In this document: positions 28,601 through 35,417 of the stretch, one piece after another | How positions within the stretch are numbered: the first letter of the stretch is position 1 | Layout of the letters: each line of letters starts with the position of its first letter | Source of the DNA: Gimesia sp. | GTDB lineage: Bacteria > Planctomycetota > Planctomycetia > Planctomycetales > Planctomycetaceae | Reading direction: 5' to 3' | Assembly: GCF_048260065.1 (NCBI RefSeq) | Contig: NZ_JBLXHC010000014.1 | Coordinates: 100,028 to 164,027 of the forward strand | Length of the DNA stretch: 64,000 bases | Translations under genes and position numbers: made by a program | The notes under the pieces: generated by a model | Told to the model about the DNA's origin: nothing | The model's input: the letters and a program-made list of their open reading frames with translations, nothing else | Databases searched by the model: none

Positions 28601-29738
28601 TGGCCTTTTCAGAGAGTTTACTCTCAGCAGGAGGGATCATTAGATACAGAAAGGAACACAAGATGAGCAGACTGACTCCCGAAATGAACGCAATACGTTT
28701 CCATTTTTCTGGAGCATGGTCAGTCTGTTTTTTCAGTAACACTTCAATCGAATTGACAGCCTCCCCCCGGCTCTTTAATGCCGCTACGACCTGTTCCGCT
28801 GTAGGTCTCTGCTGAGGGTCTGTATGCAGCATGGACTTCAACAGTTTTCGATCCGCCCGATTGACCATCTGAAACTGGCTGGCAGGATGGATGATCTCAA
28901 GTGTTTTCGAGTCCCGATTGATGGGGAGTCCTGTGAGCAGAAAGAACCAGACACACCCCAGAGAATAGATGTCCGAACTCGTTGTTGCATTTCGCGCTGA
29001 ACTCCACTGCTCCGGGGCCACATAATTGACCTGCCCGAAACCCTGGCGCATCGAAGTCAGTTCCGAACCATCCGAGCGACCTTCTTCAAAGGCCAGCCCG
29101 AAGTCAGCGATCTGTACGAATCCCCTGTTATTGAGCAGAATATTTCCCGGATGGATATCTCGATGTACGATCCCCAGTTTGTGGACTGCTGTGAGTCCGG
29201 ATGCGACCTGATACACAATCGTTGCCGAGGCACGTGCGGGCATGGAAAAGCGAAGCTCATCCATTTTTTCCTTCAGGTTTTTTCCGTCGACGTACTCTTG
29301 CACAAAATAGGTAAAGCCGTTTTCTTCACCCGCGAAAAGTGCTTTCACTACATAGGGGGATTCCACCCTGGCAAGAATTTGTACTTCCCGTTCAAATCGT
29401 TCTGCCAGATCTTTCCATACCTTTTGCCGCTCTGTGTTGATGAGCTTCACTGCAACCGGTCGAATCAGTTTTGTATCGTAGCCTTTAAAAACGCGGCCCA
29501 TGCCACCAGAGCCAATCTCGTATTCAAGCGAGATCTGGCCTATCGAGAGAGGGGGGACTTTGAGTTGGTTGATCAGCTCATCAGGTTCATCATCCAGTCT
29601 TTCCAGCTTCTCTCGACAAAGCGGACAGATATTAAAATGTTCAGAGAGGGTCTCGATCTGGTCAAAATCGAGTTTGCCCAGACTGTAATCTGAGATCTCC
29701 AGAAGATTGGGGCAGGTAGAAGAGGTTGAGTCAACCAC
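25626..29738 (-). CDS. Multidomain Hanks-type kinase: N-terminal ZAS-like zinc motif, kinase domain, TM, LamG, FGE-sulfatase (SUMF1-like) domain, and two further LamG domains
   Basis: 1370 aa with a GTG start. Putative zinc ligands: C9...H34-x3-C38-x2-C41. Kinase motifs: GSGGMGRVF, VAVK, HRDIHPGN, DFG, APE. TM segment at aa 349-370. LamG signatures: LRFDG.DDFV..., LHFNGVDDFA..., LQFDGDDWV.... FGE signatures: HPVANLSW, LPREAQWEFACRAG, FDMHGNVAEWCQD, RVVRGGS. Confidence 0.85.
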   Translation of the reverse strand: MVDSTSSTCPNLLEISDYSLGKLDFDQIETLSEHFNICPLCREKLERLDDEPDELINQLKVPPLSIGQISLEYEIGSGGMGRVFKGYDTKLIRPVAVKLINTERQKVWKDLAERFEREVQILARVESPYVVKALFAGEENGFTYFVQEYVDGKNLKEKMDELRFSMPARASATIVYQVASGLTAVHKLGIVHRDIHPGNILLNNRGFVQIADFGLAFEEGRSDGSELTSMRQGFGQVNYVAPEQWSSARNATTSSDIYSLGCVWFFLLTGLPINRDSKTLEIIHPASQFQMVNRADRKLLKSMLHTDPQQRPTAEQVVAALKSRGEAVNSIEVLLKKQTDHAPEKWKRIAFISGVSLLILCSFLYLMIPPAESKLSEKANPAAPVVPVPESTVVNQDQYALRFDGIDDFVETSFVYGSGAPITFEAWITPDCQERPRTMEIISNAETAGIIVRLKDGNRPEFLFHEGTSYAAHTRSKQIGCGKLVHLAAVYDGISVGMYVNGKKQGLSFPVRRLHRHSPIPIHLGANPDPALIGRPVAEKKDCFAGLLHQCRFSRGVIYQEDFSPEKLLSSSDSTLLLYHLNADSGKIVKDKSGNGHDGKIVGATWEKYDPQNVPEKTEIYQWPADTPDHISVNDSPDRISQLQQAWAEHLKLPVQTSVPLGQNISIDLVLIPPGEFMMGTLEESLQAPDSSIKEDDSLPRKISADLPQKLVRITHPFYLSRTEVSRKQFRQFVNQTKYRTDAELDGSGGTDFESSETNPRFTWASDLNGAISEDHPVANLSWFDANNFCGWLTRNQSQFVFKLPREAQWEFACRAGTSSDWFTSDESELPKYAWLQSTTTHPCGKLQPNALGLFDMHGNVAEWCQDYFADRNSFSSSVNNPSGPSSGSHRVVRGGSAIQKALNCRSASREGLKSDSRDALTGFRVSAAINPLSDDIEKSDQFSLHFNGVDDFAEVDYDYRKASAPLSIECWVDIPEVTINDHFASSVIFDMHSHLRVFYCVLRNHRIHMYYHEGEWIWHAFSAEISPGKHHIAGVFDGTSLNAFVDGSIPEKVTKNRADRMARFLRSMFRIGSGSTLENSQHRGFQGNISQLRISEQTVYQDEFQPPPLLTRHASTVALYRFEEGKGKVLHDLSGMFNHARITGAEWSISLQPDKELLKRGLQFDGDDWVESRFPDPTAEQFTIEAWVTPETDRKLAHQLVFQLGSLSLKYHVNHGEYWTWSLLDPQSQEIPVSTVSSKDVALNHPVHIACQWNGTIWKMFLNGLPCRTLPMRAIQQEQLAEIISSSLNEKLLIGGTSTTENAQSHCFEGKIHAFKISNVGRYKKSFTPHSNFAVDENTLLLYRFDEMSGNTVQDSSGSKAHGTLHGAK

Positions 29739-29838
29739 GAAAATGTGTCCTGAAAGTTCGATAGTACCAACGCGTGCTTACCAGTATATGTGTTGGTTCA
29801 CCGGAAAATGTGACAACAAATTTCCCGAAAAATAAACT

Positions 29839-30402
29839 TTATAAGTCCTCTCCCAGTAAATCGCGAATCTTGCGGAGTGCGCGGGACTGAATCTGCCTGA
29901 TATTGACAGCGGTCATCTGTAATTCATCTGCAATTTGACTGGTGGGCATCCCGGACAGGAAAAACAATCTCAAAACCTGTTTTTCCCTCTCATTTAATCC
30001 AGCGAATTCAATCACTCCTTCTGCGATATCTCTTTTTTCTTCCACCGTTTCAATATTGTCATCAATCAGATTCTGGATGTGGTTGAGGTTGTCTGTGCCC
30101 CCGGGGGCAATCACCTGTTTCTTGCGAAAGCGGTTAGAACAGACGTTCCGCAGGCACATTTTAAGCAGTCTGATATAGCTGTGGCGGCCATGCTGCAGTC
30201 GCAGACTTTCTTTGTTCATGACTTCCAGTACAGCGGTTAATGCTTCCTGTACAACGTCTTCCGCATCTTCCCTGTTTTCGATGATCCGGTTTGTCATACG
30301 TCGTAACAGCCATGCCGAGAGCTCCATCAGCCTGTTTGACGCTGTCGGATCTCCAAGTGAAGCGCGCTGAATCAGAGTGGTCGAGATTGAATCAATATCC
30401 AT
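29839..30402 (-). CDS. Sigma-70 family (ECF-like) RNA polymerase sigma factor
   Basis: 187 aa. Region 2: EDAEDVVQEALTAVL. Region 4 HTH: MPTSQIADELQMTAVNIRQIQSRALRKIRDLL. It lies 100 bp upstream of the kinase on the same strand. Confidence 0.8.
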   Translation of the reverse strand: MDIDSISTTLIQRASLGDPTASNRLMELSAWLLRRMTNRIIENREDAEDVVQEALTAVLEVMNKESLRLQHGRHSYIRLLKMCLRNVCSNRFRKKQVIAPGGTDNLNHIQNLIDDNIETVEEKRDIAEGVIEFAGLNEREKQVLRLFFLSGMPTSQIADELQMTAVNIRQIQSRALRKIRDLLGEDL

Positions 30403-30787
30403 AACCCGTGTACTGCGATCTAATTGGAGTTATTTATTTAAGAAAATGTTCGAGGGAGTCATTTTTTTGTCACAACGGTAGTTCGAAACAACACCTATTC
30501 CATGTGGACAATCGTCAAATGAAATTGAAAAGACTGGTAATTGTTCATGAGAGGGCTGTTTTGGTGAATATTTGGCGGGGCCGTTTATACGTCCTTTAAT
30601 ATACGTTTTTACCCATGCATGACTCTAAGTGCAAGAAGAGAGTGGAGATTTTGCAAATCCAACTCTCATGTCAGGCGGAAATCAAACAGGGACCATCCAT
30701 CCGTGATGAAAGCTGACAGGAGATTTCAGTTTAAACTTTGGCGACGCAACGATTTGCTGCGTTCAAAATCAGTAAAAGGGTAATCAC

Positions 30788-31102
30788 ATGCGGGCGAATG
30801 TATTGTTCTTGTTTTTGCTGATCATCATTTCTGTTTCTGTCATTCCCACCCTGCAGGGTTATCCCGTATTCAAACATGTGAATCAGGTTTCAGGGCATGT
30901 CTCGACCGGCAGATATGATCAGAATGGCAGATTGCATGGTCGATACACTGTGCACGACAAAGCAGGGAATCTGCTGGATCTCGGAGAATATGATCATGGC
31001 GAATGCATCTATCTAATTAAGTATGACGCCGATGGAAAGTTGCTGTATGAACTGCGCGAGGATGAGAACTATTCCCTGGTTCAGACCGATTACAGGCACT
31101 AA
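30788..31102 (+). CDS. Small secreted hypothetical protein (possible MORN/YwqK-like repeat)
   Basis: 104 aa. Signal peptide MRANVLFLFLLIIISVSVIPTLQG. GRLHGRYTVHDKAGNLLDLGEYDHGE resembles MORN-variant repeats. Confidence 0.45.
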   Translation: MRANVLFLFLLIIISVSVIPTLQGYPVFKHVNQVSGHVSTGRYDQNGRLHGRYTVHDKAGNLLDLGEYDHGECIYLIKYDADGKLLYELREDENYSLVQTDYRH

Positions 31103-31259
31103 ACGGTTTCCCGTTTTATTCAAAAATTCCTGCTCAGGCTGCTGAGTCGCTGGAGGTGATAAACAGAGTATGGATTCTCCTGCAGGTCAGACTGACTGAC
31201 AGGTTGGCTCTGTTTGAGTTGGAACCGGTTAACTGACAGATTCAATTGAAAAATCAATA

Positions 31260-33803
31260 CTATTCTGCTGAGGATGAGTTGTCATTCGCAGTGGTTGCTT
31301 CGCTCTGATCCTTTTTTTTGACCAGCTCTGCCAGCCAGATGTCACTGGCGCCGTAACCACCCGGGCGTTTCGCGACGAACAGAAAGCTTCTGCCATCCCG
31401 TAATAACCGGGCGCGTCCCGAAGCATTTGGGTCGTCTTTAAAAACGAGTACCGGTTCTGACCAGTCCGAATTCCAGTCGGATCGCGTTGAGTAGTGGAGC
31501 TTGCTGAGAGCATCGTCCGCATCGGTTTCCCAATCCTCTTTCTGATAAAACATGTAGAACCGGCCATCATCGCTCAGGGAACCGTTGCTGATCCACTGGT
31601 CAACGGGAAGTGTTTGCTCGGATCGCTCTCCGAAAGGACTGTCCAGCGAATCACGTCGCCAGATCATCAGGCCGCTTTCCTGACCGGGGGATTTCTTGTC
31701 TGCAGAAACGATGCGGGGGCGGAATCCGGTCAGACCATCAGGGGTGAGCCGATAATCACGTCTGTCACCAACGGCGATGGGATCGGGGATCGCTTCCTGC
31801 CAGGGATCATTCAGACTTTTCCGAATCGAAAGATACCAGTGTGCATCCCTTCGGAATGAAAGACTCAGACCGTCTGCCGAAATCTGAGGGACTTCTGCAT
31901 TCCCATTGGTGTTAATCTCCGCAGGCAGTAAGGTCGGTTCACTCCATTCAGCATCTTTAGCAGGACGTGTCGAGATCCATAAGTTACGACGTTCAAATTC
32001 CGGATTCTTGAGGGCTGTCGAGAAAACAAGAGTGCATTTGTCGGCGGTCATATCGCCGCTGAACTCAAAATCATGCGAGTTAATCAGGGGCCCCATGTTT
32101 TTTGTCACTTGCCACTCCCATTCCCCCGAAGCCAGCAGATCGGCAAGTGAGGTTTGGGGAGTGATGGGTTGATTGAGATGTTGTTCTTTTTTGTCAGGCG
32201 CTGCGACGAGATCAGCAACTGGTGTTGCGGGTTCACTCGAGGATTCCAGAGACGGAAGAACATCGGGCTGATCAGAATCGCGCGGCCAGAGGAGGGCTGT
32301 GATTCCCAGCAGGACGATCGCACATGCCGTTCCCACCAGGTATCGTTTCTGAGCAGGTCTGTTTGTGTCAGCAGGTTTCGCCGTTCCTGGTTCACTGATC
32401 GTCGGTCCGGGATCTTTTGAGATGTCAGATGGTTGTGAGGAACGTGGGGGCGATTCCTTGACCGGAAGCGGTATATGGCAGTCCTCCAAAGCCACGATCA
32501 GCTCCCGGGCAGTCTGATAACGGTCCTCCGGTTTCTTGGCGATCATTTTCTCAAAAACAGCCGCCACAGAATTGGGAACATCAGGACGCTGCTCCTGCAG
32601 AGAGGGGATTTTCGCTTCGCGATGCTGCACAAAGACCTTGAAGATCGTGTTTCCGGAATAGGGGGCTTCGCCCGTCAGCAGGAAGTAAAGCGTGCACCCC
32701 AGGCTGTAGATATCGGAACGGAAATCAACCAGGTGGGCATCCAGTGACTGTTCCGGTGCCATAAAGGAAGCAGTACCCAGAATCGCTCCCGCCGCCGTCA
32801 GTTCGGACTTGCTGACGAACGGTCGGCCACTCTCATCATCGGTCGTTTCGGAGCCGGCAGGAGTATGTCTCAGGGAATCGTCGATGTGGGCCAGACCCAG
32901 GTCGAGTAATTTGATCGTTCCCTGATCGTCCAGCAATAAATTTCCGGGTTTGATGTCCCGATGCACGATACCACGTTCGTGGGCGTGTTGCAGACCAGCG
33001 GCGGCCTGTCGAATGCAGTCAACGGCCTGGCTCAGAGACAGCGGTCCCGAGGAGCGCACGATTCTGCTGAGGTTATCTCCCCGCACGTATTCCATGACGA
33101 GGAAATTGACGCCGCGCGCTTCGTCGGCATCGTAAGCACGGACAATATTGATATGTTCCAGTGTTGCTGCAACGCGGACTTCCCGTTTGAAGCGTCTGAC
33201 CTGATCTTCCGACGCCAGCATCTGCTGGGAAATCATCTTCAATGCCACCAGACGATTCATCGTACGATGAATGGCTTTGAAAACCATTCCCATGCCGCCG
33301 ACATCAATCAGATCAAGAATGAGGTATTTATCGATCAACAGTTCCGGTTCTCCTTTGAGGAGCGCCGATGCCTGGTAAGATGTGAGTTTACCATCGGTGA
33401 CGAGTTGTGATGCCAGTTGTCGCGCGTCCGCTGAAGGATTTCCCGTTGCTACAGAGTCGCTGACGGATGCGAATTCATCCGGCGAAAGGACCCCGACTTC
33501 CGAGAGTTTGGAGAGAAAGTGATCGCAGTCAACATCATCCGGCAATTCTTGCTCTGGTGGCTGCTGTACTTCAAGTGGCTCGTCCAGATGAGGGAGGTTA
33601 GAGACGACTTCATCCAGGTTCTGTTCCAGCAGATCGACAGAAGGATCTGCGTGCTTGAGCAGCGACTGAACTTCCGCCAGCAGTACGATGTTGGAGCCAC
33701 ACTCATTTGCCAGCCATTCATCCCGTTTTTCAGACGGAATCTCCAGCGCACTCAGGAAAACCTGTTGTACTCTTTCCGCGTGAGAGTCACTCATTTGCAT
33801 CAT
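31260..33803 (-). CDS. Membrane-anchored Hanks-type Ser/Thr kinase with a PD40/TolB-like beta-propeller ectodomain
   Basis: The ORF is open to 33851, but ATGs at 33803, 33800 and 33794 follow the upstream sigma gene. Kinase motifs: GGMGMVFKA, VALK, HRDIKPGN, DLG, APE. One TM segment. C-terminal repeats of WSEP...DG..L.F type. Confidence 0.85.
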   Translation of the reverse strand: MMQMSDSHAERVQQVFLSALEIPSEKRDEWLANECGSNIVLLAEVQSLLKHADPSVDLLEQNLDEVVSNLPHLDEPLEVQQPPEQELPDDVDCDHFLSKLSEVGVLSPDEFASVSDSVATGNPSADARQLASQLVTDGKLTSYQASALLKGEPELLIDKYLILDLIDVGGMGMVFKAIHRTMNRLVALKMISQQMLASEDQVRRFKREVRVAATLEHINIVRAYDADEARGVNFLVMEYVRGDNLSRIVRSSGPLSLSQAVDCIRQAAAGLQHAHERGIVHRDIKPGNLLLDDQGTIKLLDLGLAHIDDSLRHTPAGSETTDDESGRPFVSKSELTAAGAILGTASFMAPEQSLDAHLVDFRSDIYSLGCTLYFLLTGEAPYSGNTIFKVFVQHREAKIPSLQEQRPDVPNSVAAVFEKMIAKKPEDRYQTARELIVALEDCHIPLPVKESPPRSSQPSDISKDPGPTISEPGTAKPADTNRPAQKRYLVGTACAIVLLGITALLWPRDSDQPDVLPSLESSSEPATPVADLVAAPDKKEQHLNQPITPQTSLADLLASGEWEWQVTKNMGPLINSHDFEFSGDMTADKCTLVFSTALKNPEFERRNLWISTRPAKDAEWSEPTLLPAEINTNGNAEVPQISADGLSLSFRRDAHWYLSIRKSLNDPWQEAIPDPIAVGDRRDYRLTPDGLTGFRPRIVSADKKSPGQESGLMIWRRDSLDSPFGERSEQTLPVDQWISNGSLSDDGRFYMFYQKEDWETDADDALSKLHYSTRSDWNSDWSEPVLVFKDDPNASGRARLLRDGRSFLFVAKRPGGYGASDIWLAELVKKKDQSEATTANDNSSSAE

Positions 33804-34332
33804 CACTTTCTGTTCCCGGACCAAGTGCGCGATACAACCAGGCTTTGGCAAACTTCCAGTCGTTATTGACTGTCCGTAATGAAATATCCAGTTGTTCCGC
33901 GATTTCTTCGCCGGTCAAGCCGCCAAAAAATTTAAGTTCTACAATCCCTGCTGCTCTGGGGAACTCTTTAGCGAGTGCCTCCAGTGCATCGTTCAATTCA
34001 AGGATGTCTAACTCTCTGGCGTCATCTGCAACAGAAATGTGCAACGGAATTCCACGTCCCGCTTTTCCTCCCCGTTTCAGGCGTTTTCTCTCACGCGCAT
34101 AATCGACCAGCAGGCGACGAATAATGGTTGCACCCGCTGCCAGCATCTGTGAGCGGTCGGCTGGATCGAGGTTGTTTTGGTCTTGAAGACGCATGTAAGC
34201 GTCATTCACGAGCAATGTTGGCTGCAGCGAATGTCCTGGAGTTTCCCGGTTCAGCGCTTTCTCGGCCAGTCCATGAAGCTGGTCGTAAATCGATTGATGC
34301 CAACTGATTGGGTCATTGTCACGAGATGCCAT
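33787..34332 (-). CDS. ECF sigma factor (Sigma70_ECF / TIGR02999-like)
   Basis: 181 aa. LQPTLLVNDAYMRL, IIRRLLVDYARERKRLKRGG and GLTGEEIAEQLDISLRTVNNDW match this ECF family. Its 3' end overlaps the kinase start. Confidence 0.85.
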   Translation of the reverse strand: MASRDNDPISWHQSIYDQLHGLAEKALNRETPGHSLQPTLLVNDAYMRLQDQNNLDPADRSQMLAAGATIIRRLLVDYARERKRLKRGGKAGRGIPLHISVADDARELDILELNDALEALAKEFPRAAGIVELKFFGGLTGEEIAEQLDISLRTVNNDWKFAKAWLYRALGPGTESDDANE

Positions 34333-34620
34333 GATCTATCTTGCCTGTCGATCGTGATGTGTTCGTTGTTCCAGAATCGCATCAGTGACTAGCGGAAACA
34401 GGTCTCCTCCACAGAAGTCTATGTCCCTCTGACGGTTATGATTTTACGGAGGTCTATCTGCTGACGCAACTTTACATTTTCAATATCTGTTGTCGGTCTG
34501 AAATTTCGCATTTCCTGTTTTTTCGAAAAAAAGATTTCTCATTGCACATTTCTCCGCCAGGCAACGCCAAGTCTTGTGAAGCGGATACACGGGCAATTAA
34601 CAGGGGCTTTTGGGGAGACA

Positions 34621-35154
34621 ATGATGGCTGTTTACGATTCGACCGATCATAAGTTGGGTGACTATTTATTAGGGAAAGCAACCGGGTACGCGGGGAGCGT
34701 TTACAGTTCGCTGGGGGCAGAGCATTTCCGCTATGAACAAAAACAGCGCGATCAGAACCTCAGTATGAGATACACGCCAGGTTCCAGCGGACCAGGCATA
34801 CTGGATGAAGCATTTCAAAGTGCCGGAGACTTCGCGTCTGAGTGGACTGAAACCATCGTTGACTATGTGGCATCGGTTTTCAAATGGGTTCCCTCCTGGG
34901 TCGGGATGGTACTGAAGGTGCTCTGCGTTTTCGCGTTTCTGACAGGTGGTGTAAACTATGGATTCACTGGCTGGGGACTGTTATTCGTCACTGGGACCGG
35001 CTGGTTTGCCCCTCGAATCTTCTCAGGGCTTCTGCAGTTGACCGTTTATTTATCACTGACTCTGCTCTATCTCAGTTTTGTCGTTCTGGTGGCGGCATCA
35101 GGTGTGGGAGCAGTCATCGGAGTCTTCTATGGCCTCGCTGTATTGTTTGCATAG
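34621..35154 (+). CDS. Hypothetical membrane protein
   Basis: The ORF is open from a GTG at 34576. The ATG at 34621 follows GGGGAG. It has a soluble N-terminal ~95 aa, then Gly-rich TM helices (VLKVLCVFAFLTGGVNYGFTGWGLLFVTG...). The start is uncertain. Confidence 0.6.
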   Translation: MMAVYDSTDHKLGDYLLGKATGYAGSVYSSLGAEHFRYEQKQRDQNLSMRYTPGSSGPGILDEAFQSAGDFASEWTETIVDYVASVFKWVPSWVGMVLKVLCVFAFLTGGVNYGFTGWGLLFVTGTGWFAPRIFSGLLQLTVYLSLTLLYLSFVVLVAASGVGAVIGVFYGLAVLFA

Positions 35155-35417
35155 TTGGCAACGCGATTATCTTTGAAAATCCCTGGTAGTACCTGGATCG
35201 ACACAGCTGGCTCACGCACGAGGTATTGTTAATTAAGTTGGTGAAGAAATGGATCAGAAGTAGGCGGATGATCAAAAGTTGTAAGGTATCTATTATTTTG
35301 GGGCGTTGATTTCTTGAAGAACAGGTCGAAAATATCATATGACAGGAGGATGTTAAAACTCAAAATGCAATCTTAATTACCGATGCTGACCCCGGAGATG
35401 CATCGACTGGATATCAA

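Noticed and set aside
34347-34372. ECF-type promoter candidate GGAAC-N17-CGAC (minus strand) upstream of the sigma gene at 34332.
   Set aside because: The motif is not shared upstream of the other two sigma genes or upstream of the divergent genes. The spacing to the ATG leaves almost no 5' UTR. The evidence is insufficient.
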